The notes under the pieces were generated by a model. That model did not search any database. It worked only from the letters and a program-made list of their open reading frames with translations, and was not told the DNA's origin. Shown here in pieces: positions 18,153 through 28,002 of a stretch of 64,000 nucleotides of DNA. Numbering within the stretch: the stretch's first letter is position 1; the number at the start of each line of letters is the position of its first letter. This stretch comes from Smithella sp. (GTDB lineage Bacteria > Desulfobacterota > Syntrophia > Syntrophales > Smithellaceae), in assembly GCA_035524255.1 (NCBI GenBank), contig DATKPG010000007.1, positions 3,270 through 67,269 on the forward strand. Direction: 5' to 3'. The position numbers were made by a program, and so were the translations under genes.

Positions 18153-20249
18153 TCAACGGCAGTATTTTCTTTCTTTAGCCCATGCAAGCGCTGTGCAGTT
18201 TCCCATTTTACACGCCATCCGCGCGTCATAACAGCCGGGCTCTTTGTCGCCCAGATTAAAGTAAGCGCCCCCCCGGTTATTATAGGCGTCGGCATAGTCC
18301 GGTTTCAGACGGATGGCCTCGTTAAAATCCTTAACGGCGCTCTGATACCGGCGAAGTTTAAAGTAAACGCCCCCCCGGTTGTTAAAAGCTTCGGCATAGT
18401 CCGGTTTGAGGCGCAAGGCCTGGTTGAAATCATCAATGGCGCTTTGAAACCGGCTCATTTTGAAATACGCGATTCCCCTGTTGTAGAAAAAACCCGCGTC
18501 ATTTGGTTTCAGGCGCAGGGCTTCATTAAAATCATTAATGGCATCCTGGTACCGGAAAAGACTTTGGTTGGCAGCCCCCCTGATATTATAGAAATCCGCG
18601 TCAGCCGGCTTAAGTCGTATGGCCTGATTATAATCTTTCAGGGCAAGTTCGTATTGGCCTAGCTTTGCGTAAGCAATCCCTCTATCCGAGTAGTAAGAAG
18701 GATCGTCCGGCCTTAAATGTATCGCTTTACTAAAATAATCCACGGCCTTTTGGTTCAAACCGAGTTTGATATGGATAATTCCCAGATTGTAATAAGCCTC
18801 GGCAAAATCAGGATTCAGGCGGATCGCCACATGATAGTCTGCAATGGCAGGCTTGTACTGGTCCAGCGCGGCATAAGAATTTGCCCTGTTGTTGTAGAAA
18901 AGAGCATTGTCCTGTATCAGGACAATGGCTTTATTATAATGATCAATGGCCTCTTTTATTTTTCCATCGGTAAAGAGGGCCAGACCTAAATTGTTATGCG
19001 CCAGAGCGTTATTCTTTGTTATCCGCAAATTATAATTCCAAAGCTTGATGCTGTTTTGCCAGTAAGAGCACTGCTGCCAGGTTATACATGACAAAACGGC
19101 AATGAAAAGCGCTCCCAGTGGAAATAAAATCTTTTTGCGCAGATTTTGGTGTGTGAAGAAAAGGGGGAAGCCCCACGCAAGCATTACGGCAATACCTATT
19201 GCGGGCAGATAATGGTAGCGGTTGGCCATGGCCTGTTCGCCTGATTGAACGATGCCGATAACCGGCAGAAGGGTTATCGCGTACCACAGCCATCCCACAA
19301 AAAGATACGGCCGACGTTTAACCGCCGCGATAACCAAAACGCTGATAACGATAATCAGAAGCGCGGCTCCAAGGAATTGCCCCGGTGAAATATAAGCAGG
19401 ATACGGATAGAAAACGGCAAGATCGCGGGGCCATAATGTTTTCTCCAGATAAGATACAAAAGAAACAGACGCGTTGGCGATCCGCAAACTAAAAGGAAAA
19501 TGTTTTACGGATGGATTGTACTGCGTATAAATCGTGATGACGGAAAAAAGCGCCGACAGGATAAAGAAGGGTATTTTTTCTTTCAGTTGCCATGAAAAAC
19601 AATGGCCGTCCCCAAACTCAAAACGTTTCAGCGGCCAATAATCCAGAAGGATCATCACAACGGGCAGGGTGACAACCATGGGCTTGCTCATAAGCGCGCA
19701 CGCAAAGGACATCAAAACCGGCAGATATCTTCTGGTGATGGGTTTTTCCGTGTAATAGACATACAGGCACAAAGTCAGCATCCAGAAAAAGGCGCTTAAG
19801 ACGTCTTTACGCTCGGCTATCCAGGCAACCGATTCCACATGCATAGGATGCACGGCGAAAAACGCGGCGACAAACGCGCTTTTCCAGATCGTTCCTGTCA
19901 TGCGGCAAAATAGCCAGAAGAGTAATAGCGTGCTCAATATATGCAGGATAAGATTGGTGATATGATAGCCGCCGGCGTTTAGACCGAATAGCTGATGATC
20001 CAGCATGAGTGACAGCCATATCAGAGGATGCCATAACGAATCGGCATACGTTGTGGCAAACGCCCAGCAAATTCCGGAAAGTGTTATCCCGGACTGGATA
20101 TGGCTGTTGTCAGTTACATAAAGCGGATCATCGAAATTGATAAAGTCATAAAGATTGACCTGCCAGAAAACGGCAAAGGTGATAACGGTCAACGACAGAT
20201 AAACGATTAGTTTCTGTCTGTCGGAACTTATATTTATCCTGCTTAACAT
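18153..20249 (-). CDS. TMTC/PMT-like GT-C-fold membrane glycosyltransferase with long TPR array and Cys-rich C-terminal tail (paralog type B, copy 1)
   Basis: 698 aa with loop-1 motif 'WQVNLYDFINFDDPLYVTDNSHIQSG' and a polytopic N-domain. About 8 TPRs ('A..DYN.AI.L.P..A.AYNNRG.AY'). Tail 'GCYDARMACKMGNCTALAWAKERKYCR'. Confidence 0.7.
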   Translation of the reverse strand: MLSRINISSDRQKLIVYLSLTVITFAVFWQVNLYDFINFDDPLYVTDNSHIQSGITLSGICWAFATTYADSLWHPLIWLSLMLDHQLFGLNAGGYHITNLILHILSTLLLFWLFCRMTGTIWKSAFVAAFFAVHPMHVESVAWIAERKDVLSAFFWMLTLCLYVYYTEKPITRRYLPVLMSFACALMSKPMVVTLPVVMILLDYWPLKRFEFGDGHCFSWQLKEKIPFFILSALFSVITIYTQYNPSVKHFPFSLRIANASVSFVSYLEKTLWPRDLAVFYPYPAYISPGQFLGAALLIIVISVLVIAAVKRRPYLFVGWLWYAITLLPVIGIVQSGEQAMANRYHYLPAIGIAVMLAWGFPLFFTHQNLRKKILFPLGALFIAVLSCITWQQCSYWQNSIKLWNYNLRITKNNALAHNNLGLALFTDGKIKEAIDHYNKAIVLIQDNALFYNNRANSYAALDQYKPAIADYHVAIRLNPDFAEAYYNLGIIHIKLGLNQKAVDYFSKAIHLRPDDPSYYSDRGIAYAKLGQYELALKDYNQAIRLKPADADFYNIRGAANQSLFRYQDAINDFNEALRLKPNDAGFFYNRGIAYFKMSRFQSAIDDFNQALRLKPDYAEAFNNRGGVYFKLRRYQSAVKDFNEAIRLKPDYADAYNNRGGAYFNLGDKEPGCYDARMACKMGNCTALAWAKERKYCR

Positions 20250-20316
20250 AATCGAATTCAGTTTCCCTTATAATAATGTCCCGCATCCCATGCTGCACGT
20301 TAAACCCTGAACCGGT

Positions 20317-22158
20317 TTAACGGCAGAGGCCTTTAACTTTCGCGGCTTCCAGCGTTTTGCAATTTCCCAGTTTACACGCCAATTGCGCGTCATAACAGCC
20401 CTGTATTTTATCGCCCCGGTTTAAGTAAGATTCTCCCCGGCCGTTGTAAGCGCAGGCATTGTCCGGATTCAGTCGGATCGTTTTATTAAAATCATCAACG
20501 GCGCTTTGATACCGGTGAAGGCTATTGTAAACGGTTCCCCTTTTGCAGTAGGCATCGGCGTAAACCGGTTTCAGAGCAATGGCTTTATTGTAATCTTCAA
20601 TGGCCTGTTGAACCTGCCCCGTGAAAGCATAAGCATCTCCCCTGAAGGCGTAGGAATCCGCGTAGTCCGGTTTCAGAGCTATGGCTTTATTAAAGTCCGT
20701 AAGCGCCGGTTGATATCGGCCGAGCTGGGTGTACGCTCCGCCCCTGTTGTTGTATAAAACATAACCCACGTTGTTTCGCACCGTATCCGGCATCAGGCGG
20801 ATGGCTTCGCTGTAATGATACACAGCTTCTTCGATTTTGCCTTCACGGGCAAAAGCCGGAGCGATGTTGTTATGCGCGAGATAATTATTCTGTGTCACCC
20901 GCAGGGCATGGTTAAAGAGCGTGATGCTGTCCCTCCAATAACCGCATTGCCGCCACGCCATCAATGACAACAGGCCGATGAAAATCAATCCCGCCGGGAA
21001 TAAAATCCTTTTGCGCGCGTTTTCGCTTTTAAAAAAAAGCGGTATGCCCCACGCGAGCATTACGGCAATGCCGATAGAAGGCAGATATTGATAGCGGTCG
21101 GCTCCTGCGAAGCCTCCCACCTGAAGGATTCCGATGACCGGCAGAAGCGTTATCGCGTACCACAGCCATCCTACAAAAAGATACGGCAGGCGTCTCCTCA
21201 TCATAATGACGGCGGCGCTGATAACCAGAATCCCAAGGGCGGCGCCTGTGACCTGCCAGTGGGGAAGTTGTTCAGAAAATGGATAGAAAATTGTCAAATC
21301 ATAAGGCCATAATGTTTTCTCCAGATAGGTCATCAAAGAAACAGGCATGTTAGCCAGACGCGAAGCCAGGGGAAAAACTTTTACAGATTGACTGTCCGGA
21401 GAATAAAGTGTGATGATAATAACGGCTGACGACAAGATCAAAAAAGGTATTTTTTCCCATAGCGGCCATAATGAAACTTTAACCGGCAAAATTTCCTTTA
21501 AATTGTTTTCGGTTTTTTTTGCTTCAAAACGTCCAAGCGGCCAGTAATCCAGAAGAAGCATAACAACGGGCAGGGTGACAACCATGGGCTTGCTCATAAG
21601 GGCGCAGGCAAAGGAAATCACAACCGGCAGATATCTTCTGAGGAGGGGTTTTTCCGTGTAGTAGACATAAAGGCACAAAGTCAGCATCCAGAAAAAAGCG
21701 CTTAATACATCTTTGCGCTCGGCAATCCACGCGACCGATTCCACATGAAGCGGGTGAAGCGCGAAGAGCGCGGCGACAAAAGCGCTCTTATATATCGCTT
21801 GGGTCATGCGGTTAAAAAGCCAGAAGAGCAAAAGCGCGCTGAAAATATGCAGGATAAGGTTGGTGATATGATAGCCGCCTGCATTTGGGCCTGCCAGTTT
21901 ATAATCCAGCATAAAAGACATCCACACCAGAGGATGCCATAAATCGAAATACTTTGTGCCAAACGCCCAGCGAATACTGTCCGGCGTTATTCCGGACTTA
22001 ATATGGCTGTTCCCCGTTACATAAACCTGATCGTCGAGATTAACAAAGTCATAAAGATTTACCTGCCAGAAAACGGCAAGCGTAATAATCGTTAAAGCGA
22101 TATAAATAAACAGAGTGTTTGTCTGATGATCAGAGCCGATATTTATCTTCTTTAACAT
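20317..22158 (-). CDS. TMTC/PMT-like GT-C-fold membrane glycosyltransferase with TPRs and Cys-rich tail (paralog type B, copy 2)
   Basis: 613 aa with loop-1 'WQVNLYDFVNLDDQVYVTGNSHIKSG', collinear with 18153-20249 but with fewer TPRs. Tail 'GCYDAQLACKLGNCKTLEAAKVKGLCR'. Confidence 0.7.
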   Translation of the reverse strand: MLKKINIGSDHQTNTLFIYIALTIITLAVFWQVNLYDFVNLDDQVYVTGNSHIKSGITPDSIRWAFGTKYFDLWHPLVWMSFMLDYKLAGPNAGGYHITNLILHIFSALLLFWLFNRMTQAIYKSAFVAALFALHPLHVESVAWIAERKDVLSAFFWMLTLCLYVYYTEKPLLRRYLPVVISFACALMSKPMVVTLPVVMLLLDYWPLGRFEAKKTENNLKEILPVKVSLWPLWEKIPFLILSSAVIIITLYSPDSQSVKVFPLASRLANMPVSLMTYLEKTLWPYDLTIFYPFSEQLPHWQVTGAALGILVISAAVIMMRRRLPYLFVGWLWYAITLLPVIGILQVGGFAGADRYQYLPSIGIAVMLAWGIPLFFKSENARKRILFPAGLIFIGLLSLMAWRQCGYWRDSITLFNHALRVTQNNYLAHNNIAPAFAREGKIEEAVYHYSEAIRLMPDTVRNNVGYVLYNNRGGAYTQLGRYQPALTDFNKAIALKPDYADSYAFRGDAYAFTGQVQQAIEDYNKAIALKPVYADAYCKRGTVYNSLHRYQSAVDDFNKTIRLNPDNACAYNGRGESYLNRGDKIQGCYDAQLACKLGNCKTLEAAKVKGLCR

Positions 22159-22200
22159 AGACAGTTTTAGTTCCTCTGATTTTGGAGAAAAAAGCCCGAA

Positions 22201-24288
22201 TCAATGCGCGCTGTTTCCCCGGTTAATGTATTCGCATTTTTTAATAATATCTGAATAATGCTCAATTTTGGGAACGTAAGCCATTAACTTTTCATCCCTG
22301 TTTAACTTATCAATATATTCATTTAAATTTAAAGAATCCTGCAGATAAGACAAGATGCGGATTTCCTGATCAAGCATCTTTTTGTCTTTCATTTTATCAT
22401 ATAATTCAATAAGCGCCAGATTGGCATAAGCATTTTGCGGGGCAAGCCCCCGGACGGATTTCCAGTAATAGATGGCGCAGGCGTCGTTATTTTTCAGGCG
22501 GCAGCCCCCGGCCAGAATTTCGAGCGCAAAAAGAGAATTCGGATTTTTTGCCAGAGTTTTTTTGGCGAAGCGTTGAGCATCATCAATCCTGCCGTCTTTC
22601 AGCAGAATTAAACTGTATAGTTCCAACAATTCAGAATTATCAGGATATTTTTTTAATTTATCTTCGATGATTTGTCTGGCTTCTTTCATTTTATTTTGTC
22701 TGAGTTTAATTTTCGCCATATGAATATAATTGGGGGGATATTCAGGAATTATTTCAGAAGATTTTTTAAAGCAGTCCAGAGCCTCGTCATCCCGTGTTTT
22801 TTCAAAATAATAAAGACCCAGATTGGATTCCTGAATCGCGAGCGCTTCCCGGCTTCCAAAATTATTTAATGTCATCGCTTTTTGATATTCATGATAAGCC
22901 TTTTCTTTCTCGTTATTCATATAATAAATTCTACCCGCGTTGGTATGCGGTCTGCTGAGTCCCGGGGACTTGTCAATGTTGTCAAGCCAAAGGAGCAAAT
23001 CGTCAGAAACCGTTTTATTGCGGCCATATGTAATATCGCCTTCTCCAAACAATATTAAAGCTATTCCGAGAGCGATCATAAATCTGATGATTTTTTTATA
23101 GGAGAAATAATCCATGGCGTGAATAATGAATTCCGCGAAGGGTACAAACAAAAGCATGGACGGCAGATAGTTGCGATGTTCATAAATCAGTTCAAGAGAA
23201 AAAAAAGAACCTTCAATGATATGATTCAAGAAATAAAAAATAATGCAAAAAGACAGCATCGGCCGCTTTCGGGCAATATAAAAGGCAAAAACGATTATAG
23301 CCGGTATCAATAAAATTGAAGGAATGGTCGTCCAGGGGTGCAGCAATGACCTGGAAACCTCTACATCATAGAGAAGCGTCAGGCGCGAACTAACCGGATA
23401 AAAAAGCAGGGAAAGATAAAAAAGGATGACGCGGGGTTCGGTTAAAAGCCTTTCGCCCATTGTGAAATCACGTATTTTATAGTCATGGATTATTTTGGAG
23501 AAATCAACGTAAATAAATGCCGCGATGATCATAATAATGACGGGCAGGATGGCAATTTTGACACATTTTATAATATTTTCTTTTGTGAAGCCCTGAATTA
23601 AAAATAAATCAAACAGCAAGATGCTCACCGGGAGCATGGCCGCGTTTTCCTTGGTGAGTATCGCGGCCATACCGGAGACGATGCACAGGGTAAAAAACAG
23701 GATAGATGAAGTCAATCGGCCCGACATTCGGCCTTTGAGATAAAAATACATGGACATGATGTAAAATAATCCGGCCATGGAAGCCATCCGCTGAACGATG
23801 TAAGTGACGGAAGTCACCCAAACGGGATTTAACGCCCAGAAAAACGAAGCCAGCAGCGCCACCGGATAGGCTGTATTTTCATATTGATCCCTCAGCCGCG
23901 GAAGCCTGAGTGTGTTGTAAATGAATAGAAAAAGAAACACGGCCGCGAGGTAATGGATGATAAAATTAACCGCGTGAAATCCGAAGACATCCATGCCGCC
24001 CGATTTATAATTCAGGGCGAAGCTCAAAAATGATAACGGCCGTGAAGGTCTTGCGTGTTCAATCCCGTAAATGCAATGTTTTATTTCGGGCCATGAAAAA
24101 GAGTTTATCCGGATATATTGATTGTCAACAATATTGGCATAGTCGTCAAAATGCCAATCGCCGTAAAAACTGTTCGAATAAATCAGAAACAGCGTGATGA
24201 AAAGAGCGATAAACGTGAACGCGTATTTGCCGGAAGCATCTGTTCCAAAATGAAAGGGAAACGTAAATCCGTTATTTTTGTTTAACAT
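22201..24288 (-). CDS. TMTC/PMT-like GT-C-fold membrane glycosyltransferase fused to TPR repeats (paralog type A, copy 2)
   Basis: 695 aa with loop-1 'SNSFYGDWHFDDYANIVDNQ'. Same architecture as 15932-18055. Confidence 0.7.
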   Translation of the reverse strand: MLNKNNGFTFPFHFGTDASGKYAFTFIALFITLFLIYSNSFYGDWHFDDYANIVDNQYIRINSFSWPEIKHCIYGIEHARPSRPLSFLSFALNYKSGGMDVFGFHAVNFIIHYLAAVFLFLFIYNTLRLPRLRDQYENTAYPVALLASFFWALNPVWVTSVTYIVQRMASMAGLFYIMSMYFYLKGRMSGRLTSSILFFTLCIVSGMAAILTKENAAMLPVSILLFDLFLIQGFTKENIIKCVKIAILPVIIMIIAAFIYVDFSKIIHDYKIRDFTMGERLLTEPRVILFYLSLLFYPVSSRLTLLYDVEVSRSLLHPWTTIPSILLIPAIIVFAFYIARKRPMLSFCIIFYFLNHIIEGSFFSLELIYEHRNYLPSMLLFVPFAEFIIHAMDYFSYKKIIRFMIALGIALILFGEGDITYGRNKTVSDDLLLWLDNIDKSPGLSRPHTNAGRIYYMNNEKEKAYHEYQKAMTLNNFGSREALAIQESNLGLYYFEKTRDDEALDCFKKSSEIIPEYPPNYIHMAKIKLRQNKMKEARQIIEDKLKKYPDNSELLELYSLILLKDGRIDDAQRFAKKTLAKNPNSLFALEILAGGCRLKNNDACAIYYWKSVRGLAPQNAYANLALIELYDKMKDKKMLDQEIRILSYLQDSLNLNEYIDKLNRDEKLMAYVPKIEHYSDIIKKCEYINRGNSAH

Positions 24289-24313
24289 GTGTTCGCCTGA
24301 AAATAATTATGAA

Positions 24314-25249
24314 TTACCCTTTCCGGGATTTGGAAAAATATTCGATCATGGGAAATAATGCGGCCAGGATTATTTCCACAAAGGTTATCAAAAAACGGGT
24401 CAGGATGGTTCCGAAAATAACGACCGGTTGCGCCATAAATGCCGGAAGAATGAGGAGGGCAAAGCCCTCACGGACGCCGATGCCTGCAGGGGCAAAAAGG
24501 GCGGCTACGCCGATAAGCGATGCGGCATAGTAAACGCCGGTTAACGTGAGAAAAAGATTCCAGCCGACAGGGTGGAAACAATTAAAGGCAAAATAAATTC
24601 CCAAACCGTAAGGCAAACCGATTATAATATTGGCAAGGACAAATTTAATCAGCAATCCGTAGGTGGGCAATTCAGTAAGCGGTTCTTTATGGATCAGCTT
24701 AAAAATAACGGCGGAAATCTTTTTCAGAACGGGAGGATATAATATCAGCAGAAAAAATATAACAAAAGAGACCGCGGCCGTTCGCACATAACCCGGCATG
24801 GTTTTAGGAAGAAAGGCGATGGAAATTAAAACAATAATAAACGCCGCCGTCATCGAAGTAATGAATTCGACTCCGGTCGCGAAGGCGACAACCCGTTTGC
24901 TCACGTTGCCGTACAAATCCATTCGCACAAGAAATAAACCGACTTTGCCCGGTATGTATTTCCCCAGTTGAGATAAACTCCAACATTTGGCCGTCGGCAG
25001 AAAAGAAGCTTTGAGGCCGAACGACGCGGCCAGACGAAACCAGATGAATATCTGCAACAGATAAGATATAAGAAAGGATAATATGCTGTAGAATAAATAG
25101 ATCCACTCTAAATCATATTGGAAGCGGCGTATGTCCGAAAAATTTAAATATATATAATAGCCGACGAAAAAAAATACCAGAAGCAAAAGCAGTCTGCTGT
25201 ACCATTTTCTGATATTCGGAGAAATGATTAATCGTTTAAGCTTCATCAT
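24314..25249 (-). CDS. Flippase-like polytopic membrane protein (UPF0104 / LPG_synthase_TM-type domain)
   Basis: 311 aa with ~8 hydrophobic segments and the motif 'LSQLGKYIPGKVG', characteristic of the MprF-flippase-like family as I recall it. No soluble domain. Confidence 0.55.
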   Translation of the reverse strand: MMKLKRLIISPNIRKWYSRLLLLLVFFFVGYYIYLNFSDIRRFQYDLEWIYLFYSILSFLISYLLQIFIWFRLAASFGLKASFLPTAKCWSLSQLGKYIPGKVGLFLVRMDLYGNVSKRVVAFATGVEFITSMTAAFIIVLISIAFLPKTMPGYVRTAAVSFVIFFLLILYPPVLKKISAVIFKLIHKEPLTELPTYGLLIKFVLANIIIGLPYGLGIYFAFNCFHPVGWNLFLTLTGVYYAASLIGVAALFAPAGIGVREGFALLILPAFMAQPVVIFGTILTRFLITFVEIILAALFPMIEYFSKSRKG

Positions 25250-25339
25250 GGATGCCTTCGCTCTCTTCGCATTATTTGTATATATTGAACTCCGCAGAAT
25301 TTTTTACAAGCATCAATCCGGCTCTGTTAGCCTGTTCTA

Positions 25340-26140
25340 TTATTTTTGGATCAGATAGAATAACCATAACGTCGGGAGCCTGTATTTTTTCAGAAGATGA
25401 TCCATTAAATTCAGAGGACGGAAAAAAAACGCGGCAATTTTTTCAGGCAATAACTTTCCCAGGATGTACATGGGGAGAAAGAAAAAAGTTGTCGCAGGTA
25501 TCCGTTCCTCTTTGATAATTAATCCTCCTGAGGCTTGAATCAGATTAGTCAGTTCGGCAGACGAAAAACACCGGCCTCCCGTATGAATATTACCGGATGA
25601 AGCATTATTTTTTAAATAATTTAAAATGCCGAAACCAGTTTGATAATTTATTCCTGAAATGTCGGGTTCGATGAGGATTAATTTGCCGCCGGAATTCAAT
25701 TTTTCTAAAAGATTTTTTATGACGATGGGGCGCTGATTTCTTTGAACATACATCATGACCGTAACCGATATAATCAGATCGAACAGGCCTATATCTTCAG
25801 GGATTTTTTCCAGGGAACCCACAAAAGCATTCTTCCCGGTATTTTTTTTATACAGGGATACATAAGCGGGGCTGATATCCATTCCGATAATTTCAGCTTC
25901 TGGCAGTTTTTGCGCCACAGGCATGGTTATCCTGCCCCAGCCGCAGCCGACATCTAAAATTCTGCAGTCTTTTTTTACAGGATGAATACTGTCAAATATA
26001 AAATTAAGATGAGCAAAATGGAAATGCCTGTTGGCCGCCTCCGGCATGTTTTTAAATAACACACTTTTGCAGGAGCTGCCGTATAAAATGCCGCGTTTTT
26101 CCCATTCCTCCATGTTGACGTCATGACAGGTCACAAGCAT
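25340..26140 (-). CDS. Class I SAM-dependent methyltransferase
   Basis: 266 aa with motif I 'ILDVGCGWGRIT', post-I 'IIGMDIS' and motif II-like 'FDLIISVTVMMYV'. Confidence 0.8.
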   Translation of the reverse strand: MLVTCHDVNMEEWEKRGILYGSSCKSVLFKNMPEAANRHFHFAHLNFIFDSIHPVKKDCRILDVGCGWGRITMPVAQKLPEAEIIGMDISPAYVSLYKKNTGKNAFVGSLEKIPEDIGLFDLIISVTVMMYVQRNQRPIVIKNLLEKLNSGGKLILIEPDISGINYQTGFGILNYLKNNASSGNIHTGGRCFSSAELTNLIQASGGLIIKEERIPATTFFFLPMYILGKLLPEKIAAFFFRPLNLMDHLLKKYRLPTLWLFYLIQK

Positions 26141-26157
26141 ATCTCCATCCGGCGCGT

Positions 26158-27300
26158 TTATTTTTCGAAATACTTCAGTAAAAAATTAATGACACTTTCC
26201 TGCTGGTATCCGGTGATGCCCGGGTACATGGGAAGTGTCAGTTCGTGCAGTCCAACGTATTCCGTAAGCGGCAGTTCATGATTAAAACTAAAATTCTTAT
26301 AAAAACTGAATTGATGGATAGGCGGGTAATGGATGCTTGTTTGAATGCCATTTTGCCGAAGATACGTCATCAAATCATTCCTGTTAACGCTTTTGTCTAA
26401 AAGAACGGGGAAGATGTGATAGTTGGCTTCATCGGCCCTGCCGGTAAAAGGAATCGTTATTTGATCAATTTTACTTAATCCTTTTTTATAGATTGCGGCC
26501 GCTTTTAGACGTAAATGATTACCATCCTGCAGTTTTTTTAGTTGAACCCTTGCCAGGGCGGCGTGAATTTCATCAATGCGATAGTTATATCCCAGGGAGA
26601 CGACGTCATAATTGTAAGCGTGACCCCTATGGCGATCCAGTGTCTGGCTGGTCATGCCGTGCGACCTCATCAGCCTGATCTTTTCGGCGTATTCGCCTTC
26701 ATTCGTGCAGATCATGCCGCCTTCACCCGTGGAAATATTTTTATTGGAAAAAAATGAAAAGCATGAAATATCGCCCAGAGACCCCAGCGGCCTGCCGCTG
26801 CAGGTTGCGCCGGGCGCGTGAGCCGCGTCTTCGATGACTGGAAGAGAATGTCGATGGGCAATGCGCGCGATCTCATCCATATCGCAGGCAAAGCCTCCGT
26901 AATGCATAACGATAATCGCTTTTGTCCGATCCGTTATTTTTCTTTCGATACCGGAAGGCGATAGGGTCCAGTCGTTCAAAGATTCAATATCGGCAAAAAC
27001 CGGCGCTCCCCCCGCGTACAGTATCGAATTCGACGTGGCGACAAAGCTCAAAGATGGGCAGATGACCTCATCGTTTTGTTTGACGCCGACGACAAGGTTC
27101 GCCAGATGCAGGGCCGTTGTGCAATTGCTTACGGCTATCGCGTGTTTGACTTCGCAGAATTCCGCGAACTCTCTCTCCAACGCCTCCGTTTCCGGCCCCA
27201 TGGTTAACCATTTGCCGCGCAACACCCGCAGCACGGCTTCCTCTTCTTCCTTTCCATAATTAAGATCGAAGAGAGGTATCGTCGGATTCGAGCCGCTCAT
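26158..27300 (-). CDS. DegT/DnrJ/EryC1/StrS-family PLP-dependent sugar aminotransferase
   Basis: 380 aa with 'AVSNCTTALHLA', 'VIEDAAHA' and 'SFFSNKNISTGEGGMI' (PLP-lysine context). The start overlaps the downstream gene by 4 nt. Confidence 0.88.
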   Translation of the reverse strand: MSGSNPTIPLFDLNYGKEEEEAVLRVLRGKWLTMGPETEALEREFAEFCEVKHAIAVSNCTTALHLANLVVGVKQNDEVICPSLSFVATSNSILYAGGAPVFADIESLNDWTLSPSGIERKITDRTKAIIVMHYGGFACDMDEIARIAHRHSLPVIEDAAHAPGATCSGRPLGSLGDISCFSFFSNKNISTGEGGMICTNEGEYAEKIRLMRSHGMTSQTLDRHRGHAYNYDVVSLGYNYRIDEIHAALARVQLKKLQDGNHLRLKAAAIYKKGLSKIDQITIPFTGRADEANYHIFPVLLDKSVNRNDLMTYLRQNGIQTSIHYPPIHQFSFYKNFSFNHELPLTEYVGLHELTLPMYPGITGYQQESVINFLLKYFEK

Positions 27301-27995
27301 AAAACGTCCTTCATTTTTTCATAATCATCGATAGCCTGTTCGTAATCTTCCGGACGGCCGATATCCATCCAGTATCCGTTATAGGCGTGACAATGGACAG
27401 GCCTGTTGAGCAATAGAAGTTTCTGAACCAGATCGGGAAAATCAAACCGGCCTTTAGCCGGAATAAGAGGCAAAACCCTGCTCGAAAGAATATAAATTCC
27501 CATGCTGACATTGAAATCAAGGGAGGGTTTCTCCCGAAATCCGGTGAGTCTCCCGTCTTTGGAGTAATTAAGCGTTCCGTAATTCACGTTTTGTGTTCGT
27601 TTATGGGTGGCGATGGTTAAGTCGGCTTTTTTGTCTTTATGAATTTTAAAAAGTTTTTTTAATGACAAATCCGTCAGAATATCGCCGTTCATCATCAGGA
27701 AGTCATCATCAAGATTTTTCATGTGCCTGATCGGCGCGGCCGTGCCCAGCGGTTCTTTTTCAATATAATACTCGATGGGTATTCTCCATTTTTCGCCGCT
27801 TCCGAAAAAGGCGACAAAAAGATCGTGTTGATGCCCGATGGCCATCGTTATTTTTTTAAATCCGTTTTTCTTCAATTGCTTTACAACGACTTCCAAAATC
27901 GGACAATCGCCGATGGGCATGAGCGGTTTGGGCAATACGGTCGTGTAGGGTTTTAATCTTGTGCCTCTTCCTCCAGCCAGAATAATCGCCTGCAT
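27297..27995 (-). CDS. Sugar-1-phosphate nucleotidyltransferase (NTP_transferase family)
   Basis: 232 aa with N-terminal 'MQAIILAGGRGTRLKPYTTVLPKPLMPI' signature and '...YWMDIGRPEDY'. Confidence 0.88.
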   Translation of the reverse strand: MQAIILAGGRGTRLKPYTTVLPKPLMPIGDCPILEVVVKQLKKNGFKKITMAIGHQHDLFVAFFGSGEKWRIPIEYYIEKEPLGTAAPIRHMKNLDDDFLMMNGDILTDLSLKKLFKIHKDKKADLTIATHKRTQNVNYGTLNYSKDGRLTGFREKPSLDFNVSMGIYILSSRVLPLIPAKGRFDFPDLVQKLLLLNRPVHCHAYNGYWMDIGRPEDYEQAIDDYEKMKDVL

Positions 27996-28002
27996 AAGTC
28001 AC

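Noticed and set aside
18054-18662. 202-aa plus-strand ORF with its own internal repeat pattern (..GALIPAKFKVNAPPVV..)
   Set aside because: It is the antisense reading of the TPR array of 18153-20249. Its periodicity is inherited from the TPR repeats. No RBS or start context is present.
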